Notes: generated by a model not told the origin, from the sequence alone. DNA of 64,000 bases from Candidatus Heimdallarchaeota archaeon (GCA_030603365.1 JAUVXV010000013.1:1-64000); one strand, 5' to 3'; positions 50,049 to 60,820 are shown, counted from the first letter of the stretch. Numbers and translations are program-made.

Positions 50049-50912
50049 TTGTTTTATAGGGGTTCAATGAGTTCTAAAAAACGATCTTCTCCAGAGATTT
50101 GGAAGTCTCTTTCTAATAAAATTCGAAGAGATTTATTGTGTTTTATTGGAGAGAAGAACGTTGCTTCTTTTACTGAGATTCAAGAAAGATTCCAAATGAA
50201 AGTGGGGACACTCTACCATCATCTAGATACATTGGGCGCTCTTCTAACTCAGGATTCATCAAAACGTTATTTATTAACTGAAAAAGGAAAGAGATCTTAT
50301 GCATTGATTGAAGAAGAAATCGATGTGTCTGCTCCTAGTCAGCAATTGTTTGGCGCTCTTTCTTTTCTCCATATCATATTTTTGAGACCAGTCTATCGTT
50401 TTATAAAGACAGATTCTATAAGATCTCTGGGTTTTTCATTAATCCTCTTGATAGGTTTAACAGTTGCAACCTATTTTCTTTCTGCATCACCCATTTTTCT
50501 ATTTCCTTCTTTCATATCTCCTGATTTTCTTGCTCCAATATTCTTTCTAGCTTCAGTTGCAATAACCTACGCTATTTGTGAAGTATTTGTATCTCTAGTT
50601 TTTAAGCGGAAAAATGACAAATTGGCTCTCTTTCAAAGTGTTATAATTATTCAAATAGTTTTGATAATTCCTACAATTATACTTGCATTTGTTTTTGGGT
50701 ATGAATATCCTGTATCATTTCTGGATTTGAATGTCTGGTTCATAATTGTTGTATTTCTTTTCCAATTACTGTGTGTTGGTTTATTAATTGAAGCTATCAT
50801 TATTATCAAAGAATTAAGATTCGAGAAAGCTGGCGTTCTTGCCTTGTTTGTTGTTTTTATCGTAAATGCTCTCGCTTTTGTAATAATGAACTTACTGGAG
50901 GTTACGATTTGA
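50049..50912 (+). CDS. ArsR-type wHTH fused to a multi-pass membrane domain
   Basis: LSNKIRRDLL...GTLYHHLDTL...YLLTEKG, followed by about five TM helices. Confidence 0.8.
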   Translation: MFYRGSMSSKKRSSPEIWKSLSNKIRRDLLCFIGEKNVASFTEIQERFQMKVGTLYHHLDTLGALLTQDSSKRYLLTEKGKRSYALIEEEIDVSAPSQQLFGALSFLHIIFLRPVYRFIKTDSIRSLGFSLILLIGLTVATYFLSASPIFLFPSFISPDFLAPIFFLASVAITYAICEVFVSLVFKRKNDKLALFQSVIIIQIVLIIPTIILAFVFGYEYPVSFLDLNVWFIIVVFLFQLLCVGLLIEAIIIIKELRFEKAGVLALFVVFIVNALAFVIMNLLEVTI

Positions 50913-51009
50913 TGAAGTTCGAGAAAATTGGAACTCAATACTTTAAAATTTATAGAAATAAATGCTTATCAATTAACGTATATATAATAAAACATGAGGG
51001 GAACGCTGA

Positions 51010-54000
51010 ATGAGTGCCAATAACCTCCAACAATCAAAGAATAGAATAGCCCCACCATTTCTAAAAATCTTTTTGGTACTCATCCTTTTCCTCTCTTCCA
51101 TAGTTCTAATTCCTACATCCTTGGGGTTCAGTGATCTCAATCAAAATCCGCAAGACCCAATCAGCTATACACCTTCTCTTCATGTAAGTGAAGAATTACC
51201 TTTATTTCATGAAAAGATAAATGTGATTATTGGAAAAAATGATTCATTAATAAGCGTACTTGAGCTAAATGGTGGTGAGATTAGAACTCCATTCGATCTA
51301 TCGAGTTCTGAACTTGTTTTGGTAAATCAACTTGACTTTATCGTTAACAATCAGTCTTCCTTCTCAAAAATTTGGACAAATCCATTATGGCAATTTCCTG
51401 ATGGTTTAGTAATTAGATTAACTGCAAGAACTCAAGATTATAACCGTTTAATCTCTATTTATCGTTTTGTTGATAATATTATCCGAAATTTCTATGGTGT
51501 AACTCCTGGAGTTTTCAATTTACGTTCTTTATCTTCTACAGATACTGTTATCTCACTTGTTGCACCTATCTCCTATACACAAGCATTAGAAATTTTTCAG
51601 GAAATTTTTGTTTTTGAAGATCAAGTAAATAACGGAAACACAATCTCACTGATGGGTGATTTATTGAGTCAATCACCAGCTGTCTATGCTTTTGGATATT
51701 CAATACAAAAAAGATTGGGGAGTATAAGTCGTTTAACCAAGAGTGTTCTAATAGGTGTAGAGAATAAAATCCCACACAATGGAGACCAAAGATCATTCAA
51801 TTTAGAAGATGTTTTTGGAGCAGCATTAATTCCAAATTCCCATGCTCTTCTTACAAACTTTGCTTTTCATGTTCCTTTTCTAGTAAATATTACATATATG
51901 AACCCTCTTCCTGATAACATGGGAGGTACAGCAACTGGATCTTTTGAATGGATCTTGAAGTATCTAACTATAATCTCACATCCATCCTTCAACTTAGATG
52001 TGATTTACTATCCTTTCACCTATGATGATTTCATTTTTCCCAGAATCACTGTATCTAACTCTTATTCTGACTTCAAACTGGAAAATGATGGTGTTCTAAA
52101 TATGACGTATACAATCAACAATACTGGAACTGATACAGCTTTTAATACCTCTATAGTTCTTCCCATTCCATTTGAATTAGGGGTTTTTGTACAGGAGGGG
52201 CTTGTTATACCAGTGTTAAAAGAAACAATCCAGATTAATGAGAGCTTTACTTCCTATGTAGAACTCAAAATAAGTTATAGTGTGTATTCATTCAGTATCC
52301 CTATTATCGATATTCAAGGCTGGTATGAAAATTCTTCGACATTGATGCCAGAAAGATGGTTGGATGAGAATATTATCGAATTAAACGAATATGTTTCAAT
52401 TCATTGCTCTAATGGCATATCTTCAGATTTACTCTTCGCAATTGAAACACATATTATACCCATTTTGGAAATTGGGATAGATGAGATAATGGCTGATTTT
52501 GGTTATTATGAACCTTTAATTGTTGATTCATTGAAAACAGCTGCAACTGAATCCTATGAAATTGCTTTCGAAGCTTTTTATGAGAATAAAACAATCTTCC
52601 AATTCAGTTCTTCAGATTTCATATATAATTCCAATCCGTACGGTGGGTATTTGGAACATGTTATCCCTCAAATAGAAGTAGATGAGACTCTAGAAACTTC
52701 ATGGACAATTTTTAATATTCCAACCTCAGCTGATAGATATGGTGGTTTTTCTTGGGATTTGAAGACAGTCAGTTATGATGAGTATATAGTTTTTCAAACT
52801 TCAGAACGTGACTATAAGGATTTTATGTTAAGTGTTTTTGCTGCAATAGATTCTGCGGGAAGATTTCTAAGTGTGCATGACCCTATAACAGGTGTTTTTG
52901 TTTCCTTAGGAAGTAGATACCAATATGCAGATTCTTTAGGTAGAAAGTATTTTGGGTTAACAAATGGTCTTAATCTTCAAATAGGTGATGATGAAGCGGT
53001 TTTAGAAAGCATCCTAAATATGAATAGTACGATCTATCGCGTAGGTGATGAAGTTCCATTCAGTCTAGATATTACTAATTTGGGGACAATAGAGGCTTAT
53101 GATATTCACGTGGATATAGTTAATTTGAAGCTAAATTATTTGTGGCTTCCAACTGATGTGGTTGTTGTAAAATCATTTGACATTGATCAGATCAACGCAG
53201 GGGAACATATTAAAATAGATTTTTCAGCATATGCAAATAGCTATATAGGGTTGAATACTTATGTCGCAATTATAAGTTTCATTTCAGATAAAGATCAGGT
53301 TGCTACAGAGGTTATTGATCTTTGGACTGGTCAACCAGTACCTTGGGAATATAGTGGCGAAACCACAAATGTAATTACCTCTACTTTAACTTTCGGAGTT
53401 TTATTTCCCCCATTATTACTGGAAGATGAACTAAGACCAAGTTTTCCACTTCCTGAAATTACTACTTCTAACAATTACGAAATAGATCAAGAAAAAAGAG
53501 AACTACTATTGGAATATGAAATAACCAATACAGGTCTTTCGTCAACAGATCTCACCTTATATCAAGTGTTTCCAAAGGGTCAAGGAGATCTTGAATATCT
53601 AAATTGCTCACTAATTCAAGGTGACACAATTATCACATTAGAACCTGTTATATCTACTAAAGGAGATTATTATTTTATTAACTACGTAAATATTACTTTA
53701 GAACCAGGAGACAAAATATTGGTTGAAGCTCGTCTGAGCAATATTTCAGAAGATTTTACCATTCCGCCGATAATCATAAAATACTATTCCATTTATCAAA
53801 TTCATACAACTGATTTTGCAACCACTAACAGTCAAACTGAAGTGAATACAGCTAATCCTGCAAGTCTCTATGTGAAAGCATCCCCTTCTACTGTTATTGA
53901 AGGGGGTCAAAACCAATTCATATGGTCATCCTTCTCTCCAGTTATTCATATAAATCTTCCTTTCTCAAGTGAGTATGAACGAATAATCTTCTCATCCCTA

Positions 54001-54084
54001 CCCTGGCTATATCCTGTTATAAGCACAGCGATTTTAGGAGGCTTGATCCTCATAGCAATGATAATTTCTAGAACCCGAAAATAG
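51010..54084 (+). CDS. Large secreted surface protein with CARDB/Ig-like domains and a C-terminal TM anchor
   Basis: Signal peptide, repeated TI.N.G motifs (INNTGT, ITNLGT, ITNTGL), and a C-terminal TM followed by RTRK. Confidence 0.75.
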   Translation: MSANNLQQSKNRIAPPFLKIFLVLILFLSSIVLIPTSLGFSDLNQNPQDPISYTPSLHVSEELPLFHEKINVIIGKNDSLISVLELNGGEIRTPFDLSSSELVLVNQLDFIVNNQSSFSKIWTNPLWQFPDGLVIRLTARTQDYNRLISIYRFVDNIIRNFYGVTPGVFNLRSLSSTDTVISLVAPISYTQALEIFQEIFVFEDQVNNGNTISLMGDLLSQSPAVYAFGYSIQKRLGSISRLTKSVLIGVENKIPHNGDQRSFNLEDVFGAALIPNSHALLTNFAFHVPFLVNITYMNPLPDNMGGTATGSFEWILKYLTIISHPSFNLDVIYYPFTYDDFIFPRITVSNSYSDFKLENDGVLNMTYTINNTGTDTAFNTSIVLPIPFELGVFVQEGLVIPVLKETIQINESFTSYVELKISYSVYSFSIPIIDIQGWYENSSTLMPERWLDENIIELNEYVSIHCSNGISSDLLFAIETHIIPILEIGIDEIMADFGYYEPLIVDSLKTAATESYEIAFEAFYENKTIFQFSSSDFIYNSNPYGGYLEHVIPQIEVDETLETSWTIFNIPTSADRYGGFSWDLKTVSYDEYIVFQTSERDYKDFMLSVFAAIDSAGRFLSVHDPITGVFVSLGSRYQYADSLGRKYFGLTNGLNLQIGDDEAVLESILNMNSTIYRVGDEVPFSLDITNLGTIEAYDIHVDIVNLKLNYLWLPTDVVVVKSFDIDQINAGEHIKIDFSAYANSYIGLNTYVAIISFISDKDQVATEVIDLWTGQPVPWEYSGETTNVITSTLTFGVLFPPLLLEDELRPSFPLPEITTSNNYEIDQEKRELLLEYEITNTGLSSTDLTLYQVFPKGQGDLEYLNCSLIQGDTIITLEPVISTKGDYYFINYVNITLEPGDKILVEARLSNISEDFTIPPIIIKYYSIYQIHTTDFATTNSQTEVNTANPASLYVKASPSTVIEGGQNQFIWSSFSPVIHINLPFSSEYERIIFSSLPWLYPVISTAILGGLILIAMIISRTRK

Positions 54085-54123
54085 CGAGAAGTAGTTAAAA
54101 ATCAAAATAATGAGATAACAGAT

Positions 54124-54381
54124 TTATCTCATGTCAAAATCTTCTGATGTAAAGCTTTTCAGAAAAGCCATTATCTCCTCTTGCATTTCCGCGCTTTTTC
54201 TGAAACTCATTGCTTGTGTATAAAACATAGCGAACATATCTCCTAACAAACATTGAGTACATAGATCAGATGTTAATTCCTCATCGGGATATCTGCAGGG
54301 GAAATTAACTGGTTGAACTTTACCTTCAGGACTTCTTCCACTAATCCCTTGCTTCCACTTACAAACTCTTGGTGCAGACAT
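54124..54381 (-). CDS. Small Cys-containing hypothetical protein
   Basis: 85 aa with four Cys (VCKW, PCRY, LCTQC); AGGT RBS-like sequence upstream. Confidence 0.65.
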   Translation of the reverse strand: MSAPRVCKWKQGISGRSPEGKVQPVNFPCRYPDEELTSDLCTQCLLGDMFAMFYTQAMSFRKSAEMQEEIMAFLKSFTSEDFDMR

Positions 54382-54519
54382 TTAAGTTACCTTTTAACGG
54401 AAACAGATATAGTATTTTTTAAACATATCCATTAATTATTATTCTGTCAAAATAACTATAAGATTTCTTGCTCCAGCTTTATTAATAATAAACCTTATAC
54501 AGTTTCAAGAAGTGTTTCA

Positions 54520-57066
54520 ATGAAATGTCCAGACTGCAAAAAGGATTTGAATGTGGCGGGAAGTGCAAACTTTTTTACTTTTCGTTGTAATTTTTGCGGG
54601 TTAAATGAAAGGACATTTGCACCTAATGAAGAAGAAGCGTATGAAAAACTAATAGAAGCAAAAAAGACAAGAAGAGATTTGACTAAACAAACAAAACAAA
54701 AAACTGAAGATTCTCCTCTTCCATTCCCTAGAAGGACAATGGAAGAAAAGCAGCGTTTAATTGCAAAAGGGGGATATAACCCTGATAATTTACCTTCAGT
54801 ATTAAAAAGTATAATTAACAATCCTGACATTGAATTGATTTATTACAAATTTCTCAAACAAAAGTTCCCAAAGATTACAACAAAAAAGGTACAACTCCCA
54901 GAAAATTTAGATAAATTCCTTAAAGAAAGTAATTTTCTTTCTTTGTATGAGTTTCAACATAAAGCATTTGATTCAATTATGAATGGTAAGGATACTGTGA
55001 TTGTTGCTCCAACAGGTACGGGAAAAACTGAAGCTTTTCTTTTACCAATAATATCGAAAATCTGGGAAATTTCACCACATCCTTTGCTTAGAAGAGGAAT
55101 TTCTACTATTATCATTTATCCCACAAAAGCATTAGCACGAGATCAAGAAAAGAAGATAAAGAGATATGGAGGGGCACTTGGTGTCACTTGTGAAGTTTAT
55201 GATGGAGATACATCGAAAACTAAAAGAGAAAATATCATGGAAGCACCTCCTGATATTCTTATTACAAATCCTGATATGTTGCATTATCATTTAAGAAATC
55301 ATCAGTTTACAGTTCTTCTTAAAGGGTTGAAATTCGTTGTTATTGATGAAGTACATATTGCAACTGGAGCTTTTGGTTCCAATCTATATTTTATCCTAAA
55401 AAGACTTCAAAGGTTTGCAGCAAACAGAGTACAATTTGTAGGCTCTTCTGCTACAATAGGAAATGCAAGAGAGTTTACTAACCAATTGTTCGACAGAGAT
55501 ATGCACGAGGTTGTAGTTGAAGAAGCTAGAAAAGCACCAACACATCTATTGATTATAATTCCTTGGCAAGTGAGTCAATATACAGTTACGTCAGAAATTA
55601 CTAGACAACTAGTAAATGCTGGACATAAAACCTTGTGTTTTCAGAATAGTCACAAAAATGCTGAAATAATCAATTTACTATTGAAATCAGCTAGAATACG
55701 TTCATCTGTTCATCGTGCTGGATTAACAAAGGAGTATAGAGATAGAATAGAAACACAATTCAGGGAAGGAAATATAGATGCACTTGTTTCCACGCCTACC
55801 TTAGAACTAGGGATAGACATTGGAGATGTAGATGGTGTCGTGTCTTCTATAGTTGACATTACTAGATTTACTCAAAGATTAGGTAGGGCAGGAAGGAAAG
55901 GACAAGAATCTGTTGGTTCTCTAGTTTTGAGGAATGATGATCCCATAAGTACCTTCTATTGTGTCTATCCAGAATCATATTTCGATGATATCAGACGAGG
56001 TTATGTGGAATCAAGAAATGAAATTGTTTCATATTACCAAATTCTTGCAGCAATTTTAGAAAAAAACCTCGAGAAGAATGAATTTGAAAATCATAAGGAT
56101 ATTCTGAAAAAACTTGAAAATGAATCGTTAATTAGAAGAACATCTTCAGGTACATTCAGAGCTCAGTCACGAAGTGAAATTATACGAAAATTGCAATCTT
56201 ATTCTATTAGGGGCATTGGTGATAATCTAGTTCTAAAAGACGATAAAGGAAGAAAAATAGGAGAGAGATCAATGCCTATGGCTGCAAGAGAACTTCATCC
56301 TGGAGCAATTTACCTTCATGGGGGAAAGCATTACAAATCTCAAACTTTCAAATATAACCCTAAATTTGGCGGAGGAGAAATAGCACTTCAACCTATTCAA
56401 CCAGTAAATCACAAAACTACAGCTAATAGATACGCTATCCCTACAATCCTCCAGATAAATCAAACCAAAGAAGTATTAGGAACGGATGTAATCTATTGTG
56501 ACCTTCAAATTACAGAACATGTTACAGGATACAAAGTTACAGATATCTTTACCAATAAGCTACTAGAATCAAAGGATTTTGATGAACCTATAATATATAC
56601 ATTCAAAACAAAAGGCTTCATGTTCACAATGCCTAAACCTTCTAGTATGCTTAATGAGTTGCAACATCTTTCAGAAGACATTATCCTAAATGGTACTTTT
56701 CATGCTGTTGAGCATGTTGTAATAGAATCTAGTTCAATGCTCACAGGAGGTGGTAGTTCAGAACTTGGAGGTATCTCAATGGGACAATCTGGAGCAATAT
56801 TTGTGTATGATGGAGCAAAAGGAGGAAGCGGATTATCAAAATTACTCTATGATAGATTAGAAGAAGGTTTTCAAAGATCTCTAAAAATACTGAAAAATTG
56901 TAAATGTACAACATCAGATGGTTGTCCAAGGTGCACTTATTCTTATCAATGTGGTAACAACAATCAGCCATTAAATAAGTCTGGTGCAATTGAATCACTG
57001 AAACAACTAGGAAAATTGAAACTAAAAGTAGTAGAAAACTATAACGATTTTGAAGCTTATGTCTAA
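54520..57066 (+). CDS. SF2 helicase with a C-terminal DUF1998 Zn domain (Hrq1/MrfA-like)
   Basis: APTGTGKTE, YPTKALARDQ, DEVH, SAT, TLELGIDIG, QRLGRAGR, HAVEH and CKC..GCPRC...C. Confidence 0.92.
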   Translation: MKCPDCKKDLNVAGSANFFTFRCNFCGLNERTFAPNEEEAYEKLIEAKKTRRDLTKQTKQKTEDSPLPFPRRTMEEKQRLIAKGGYNPDNLPSVLKSIINNPDIELIYYKFLKQKFPKITTKKVQLPENLDKFLKESNFLSLYEFQHKAFDSIMNGKDTVIVAPTGTGKTEAFLLPIISKIWEISPHPLLRRGISTIIIYPTKALARDQEKKIKRYGGALGVTCEVYDGDTSKTKRENIMEAPPDILITNPDMLHYHLRNHQFTVLLKGLKFVVIDEVHIATGAFGSNLYFILKRLQRFAANRVQFVGSSATIGNAREFTNQLFDRDMHEVVVEEARKAPTHLLIIIPWQVSQYTVTSEITRQLVNAGHKTLCFQNSHKNAEIINLLLKSARIRSSVHRAGLTKEYRDRIETQFREGNIDALVSTPTLELGIDIGDVDGVVSSIVDITRFTQRLGRAGRKGQESVGSLVLRNDDPISTFYCVYPESYFDDIRRGYVESRNEIVSYYQILAAILEKNLEKNEFENHKDILKKLENESLIRRTSSGTFRAQSRSEIIRKLQSYSIRGIGDNLVLKDDKGRKIGERSMPMAARELHPGAIYLHGGKHYKSQTFKYNPKFGGGEIALQPIQPVNHKTTANRYAIPTILQINQTKEVLGTDVIYCDLQITEHVTGYKVTDIFTNKLLESKDFDEPIIYTFKTKGFMFTMPKPSSMLNELQHLSEDIILNGTFHAVEHVVIESSSMLTGGGSSELGGISMGQSGAIFVYDGAKGGSGLSKLLYDRLEEGFQRSLKILKNCKCTTSDGCPRCTYSYQCGNNNQPLNKSGAIESLKQLGKLKLKVVENYNDFEAYV

Positions 57067-57173
57067 GTTTTTTCACAATAATTTGTTATTTTTCTTTTAG
57101 CGTGTAATACCCGAGATATGTTTACAATCATATCTCTGTCTGATGTGCTTTTATGTTATATTTAAGCTGATTT

Positions 57174-57593
57174 GTGTTAATGATGACAGTTGATTATGAC
57201 TCAGAAGAGTTCATTGATATTGCACTTAATTGTATTTTTCCATCAAGTGAGGAGATTGAACCAGAAATCTTGAAGGAAATAACTGTTTTTCTAGAAGAGA
57301 GTGATAATCAAGTTTCACCTGAAGATGCAGAGATGGTAAGAGGAGAAATAAGGAAAGCTTTAATTCATTTTAAGAATCGACCATATCTTTATAATACACG
57401 TAAGAAGATGGAAAAACTCCTTAAAGTAAATGATAATTGGAGACGTTTTATTGTTTCACCAAATTCTTTCGTATCTGAATTTCGAGATGCAGGTCTAAAT
57501 AATGAAGAAATTGATTTATTACGAACATCATTGAAGACAGCTAGAAATTCATACTCTGTGATAAAGAATATCCCACTACCACGCACAAATTAG
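57174..57593 (+). CDS. Hypothetical protein
   Basis: 139-aa ORF with host-like codon usage; no recognisable motif. Confidence 0.6.
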   Translation: MLMMTVDYDSEEFIDIALNCIFPSSEEIEPEILKEITVFLEESDNQVSPEDAEMVRGEIRKALIHFKNRPYLYNTRKKMEKLLKVNDNWRRFIVSPNSFVSEFRDAGLNNEEIDLLRTSLKTARNSYSVIKNIPLPRTN

Positions 57594-57695
57594 AACTGAA
57601 CGAATTCATAATCAAGTTTTAATACTCCTATTTGAAACTTGATGTGGTTCAAAACGCAAAATTATCTCGTAAAGAATAAAGATAAAAAAGGATAG

Positions 57696-58619
57696 TTGGG
57701 GGATAAAATGCAGAAGGAAGAATTATTCGAGATTCTTGATAGTTATCTTTTTAGTAATTCTCGTCTTGATGAAAAGAAACTGAGTGAAAAAATCCAGATA
57801 AGTCAGAAGAATATAAAGGACTTTTTCTCTCAGAAATCAGAGGAAATGGGTTTTATTAGAGATGGAAGTTCTATTTTCTTTGCACATGAAATTATAAGAG
57901 AAAATATTGAAGACATAAATGAATCCTTTTGGAATTGGTATCTTCGTTGTGTCCCCAGTTATAGTGATCTTGCATGGGAAGAAGGAGCAGCAATTGCTGA
58001 TACCTCAAGAATAAAAATAATTCCCTTTAGAACATCTTCCAAGAGTTTTATCCAATCATTTACAGCTCGAATATTAATTCTAGGTGAAGAAAAAACAGGT
58101 AAACAATCATTTGTTTTTGCTCTTTCAGGAGATTCACTGAATAGACCAGCTCCGGGTGTATTTTCAGGAAAAATCTCAAGATTTTTAGATGAATTTGAGA
58201 CTGATTTTGAGAGTATAATTTTGGATATTCCGCCAGATTCTCCACTTTGGATTTATGCAAAAGCTTCATTTGGAGTTATCCTTACATATGATCTTTCGGA
58301 ACCACAGACTTTTGAAAAATTACTATATTGGCTAGATGTTTTCATGGATTCATATTCTTATGAATTATGTCCTCCCATAATGCTATTGGGAACAAAAATG
58401 GATTTACTTACTCAAGAAGAAATTACTGCATCTAGAAGAAAAGCAGAAATATTGAGAGAGCAGATAGAACAAGAATATGGAACGATAGCCTTGAATGAAC
58501 TAATCTCCTTAACAGAAGGGGGTAATGTTTTAAACTCATTTGAGAATTTTGCTAAAACAGTTCGTCAATGGTATCAAATTATTAAACAAGAATATCTTGA
58601 TGATAATCCGATGGCTTAG
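57696..58619 (+). CDS. Degenerate Ras/Rab-like GTPase domain with an N-terminal extension
   Basis: ILILGEEKTGKQS, GVILTYDLS...TFEKLLYW and LLGTKMDL; the G3 DxxG motif is absent. Confidence 0.7.
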   Translation: MGDKMQKEELFEILDSYLFSNSRLDEKKLSEKIQISQKNIKDFFSQKSEEMGFIRDGSSIFFAHEIIRENIEDINESFWNWYLRCVPSYSDLAWEEGAAIADTSRIKIIPFRTSSKSFIQSFTARILILGEEKTGKQSFVFALSGDSLNRPAPGVFSGKISRFLDEFETDFESIILDIPPDSPLWIYAKASFGVILTYDLSEPQTFEKLLYWLDVFMDSYSYELCPPIMLLGTKMDLLTQEEITASRRKAEILREQIEQEYGTIALNELISLTEGGNVLNSFENFAKTVRQWYQIIKQEYLDDNPMA

Positions 58620-58711
58620 GAACAAAAATTTCAACATCGTTTCGAAAAAATTAAATGTCATATCTCATTTAGTGTCTTAAGATTTGAGAATAAAGGCTAG
58701 AGTGAACAAAA

Positions 58712-60820
58712 ATGGAGAAACTAATAAGCTTGCAGCTTCGTTTCCAGGATAAAGCTAAAAAAAATAAAGTCAAACTCCTTAAAATCCTGATTATTATTGC
58801 TATTGCAATCTCTCTTCTAGTAATCTCCATAATTATTAAAAATATGGTGTCAGAATGGTACTGGGATAAACATGGACAAGGATTTTATTGGTCTGATCCA
58901 GAATTGTTTGGCACCATATATGAAGGCGACACATGGTATATCGAAGCTTATGTTGATGCTTCTTGGTATTATGAACCCTATCTCAAATCTTTTCGATTTG
59001 AGAACTGGAATCCATATGCTGGGGGGCAAGGGCCGCTAAATGGTTATGCATATGGTCCTATGTTTGTCTTTGGATTATATTTTATCTCACTTGTTATTAG
59101 TATATTCTATCCTAATATGCCAATTGACGAATTGGTACCTTTATCTGTAAAATGGACTCACATAGCATTTGACTCATTATCAGTGGTTATGGTCTATCTC
59201 ATCGTTGTGATGTTAAAATCGTTCAAACAGAATGAATTCAAGAGACATAGCTATGGTATTTTAGCTGCTAGTATTTTTGCTTGTATGCCAATAAATTTGA
59301 TTTATGTAGATAGTCTTTATCTTAATACTCCTCAAATGACATTTTTCACTCTATTGAGCCTTCTTCTATTCATGAAAGATAGATATAGAGTAGGGGCGTT
59401 TATTTTATCAATAGCGTGGTTGACAAAGCAAATGCCACTGTTTCTATTGATACCATGGTTTTTCATAGTGTGGAAGAAAAAATCTCTCAAATCAGCATTC
59501 ATGGACTTTTTATTACCGTTTCTACTAACGACGGTGATAATTTCTTTACCTTGGCTTATTATGACGCCTAGAAATTATCTTCGTAGGGTTTTTGGTCCTG
59601 GAAGACCAGTGAGAGTGTTTAATGTAGAGGATGCTTTAAGTAGCACGTATAATGGTCGAACCGTTACGCTTGCACACAGTTTTCTACAACTTGGAAATGA
59701 GGGGTTGGCAGTGTTCTACCACCAAATAAATTTGTATATGATTCCCTTCGTTTTATTCTACCTCATTGCAGTGATGTTTGCTTATTTCAATGGTGAGAAA
59801 ATAGGTAATAACGAATCCTACCAAATTATATTCGTTACATGGGTCCTAATTAATACCCATCTCTTTATTTCTCGTGGTGTATACAAATATTACAACGCTT
59901 TTCTCACACCTTTCGTGGTAATCAGTTTGTTAGTGTTTTTCGATGATGTCATTCCTAAGGCAATTGGAGAAATGCCTAAACTTAAAGAGAATACATTGAA
60001 AATCTTGAAACCTAGAGATGGAGCAAAAAATGATTTAGAAGATGGAGTAAAATCCAAATCAAACGAGAAAATACCTCTACTTCAAAAAATGATTTTTCCT
60101 GTTTCTCTGACAATTACCTTTTTAGGATCTTGTGCAGCTTTCTACTATTTTAATTGGATATTAATTGTGAATTCAAGACATTTGCACCCACTTTACTTAC
60201 TTATTCTGTTTGGGATTGTTAGTGTGCTAATACACCCTTCAATTTATGCTAGTCTTTTCAAAAAAGATAATTATTGGATGATTTTCATAGATTTAAGATA
60301 TATTTTAAAAGAATTCGGGTTAATTTTGCTCTCATTTGGCAATTATATTCGTAAAATAGTTGATAAATTCGGGTTAATTTTGCTATCATTTGACAATTAT
60401 ATTCGTAAAATAGTTGATAAAGTACAAAAGAAATTTGACTATATTGAGTCTAAAATTTTTAAATATAAAGATTCTACTCCCAAATTGGATGGTCTAAATA
60501 TATTTGTTGCAAACTTGACACATTTCTGGGAGAGGTTTGGACTAATCTTACTTTCGTTTGACAATAGTATCCATAAACTAACAAATACAGTACAAGAGAA
60601 ATTTGACTATATTGAGTCCAAGTTTGAGAGTTCTGAATTCTCCTTTTTCCTGACTGATATTTTTTGTGCGTTTATTGTACTATTAGCTTACACAATATTG
60701 TTGGGAGTTTGTATTGGATTAGTCTTAATTTTATTTGATAATGCTATTCGTAAATTAGTTGATAAAGTTCAAGAGAAACTTGACTATATTGAGTCCAAGT
60801 TTGAGAGATCTAAAGACTAA
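58712..60820 (+). CDS. GT-C-fold (GT87/PMT-like) multi-pass glycosyltransferase candidate with C-terminal repeats
   Basis: First-loop YVDASWYY...YAYGP, the AWLTKQMP motif and many TM helices. Confidence 0.6.
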   Translation: MEKLISLQLRFQDKAKKNKVKLLKILIIIAIAISLLVISIIIKNMVSEWYWDKHGQGFYWSDPELFGTIYEGDTWYIEAYVDASWYYEPYLKSFRFENWNPYAGGQGPLNGYAYGPMFVFGLYFISLVISIFYPNMPIDELVPLSVKWTHIAFDSLSVVMVYLIVVMLKSFKQNEFKRHSYGILAASIFACMPINLIYVDSLYLNTPQMTFFTLLSLLLFMKDRYRVGAFILSIAWLTKQMPLFLLIPWFFIVWKKKSLKSAFMDFLLPFLLTTVIISLPWLIMTPRNYLRRVFGPGRPVRVFNVEDALSSTYNGRTVTLAHSFLQLGNEGLAVFYHQINLYMIPFVLFYLIAVMFAYFNGEKIGNNESYQIIFVTWVLINTHLFISRGVYKYYNAFLTPFVVISLLVFFDDVIPKAIGEMPKLKENTLKILKPRDGAKNDLEDGVKSKSNEKIPLLQKMIFPVSLTITFLGSCAAFYYFNWILIVNSRHLHPLYLLILFGIVSVLIHPSIYASLFKKDNYWMIFIDLRYILKEFGLILLSFGNYIRKIVDKFGLILLSFDNYIRKIVDKVQKKFDYIESKIFKYKDSTPKLDGLNIFVANLTHFWERFGLILLSFDNSIHKLTNTVQEKFDYIESKFESSEFSFFLTDIFCAFIVLLAYTILLGVCIGLVLILFDNAIRKLVDKVQEKLDYIESKFERSKD
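60312..60419 (+). repeat. Two near-identical 54-bp in-frame tandem repeats
   Basis: AATTCGGGTTAATTTTGCT(C/A)TCATTTG(G/A)CAATTATATTCGTAAAATAGTTGATA twice with 2 mismatches; more degenerate copies near 60535 and 60715. Confidence 0.92.

Noticed and set aside
54520-57066. DISARM/Druantia-type defence helicase (DUF1998)
   Set aside because: No methylase, phospholipase D, SNF2 or other defence partners are adjacent, so a stand-alone repair helicase fits better.
60312-60419. 54-bp repeats as a mini-CRISPR
   Set aside because: The copies are directly adjacent with no spacer, are a multiple of 3 long and lie in frame within a CDS.
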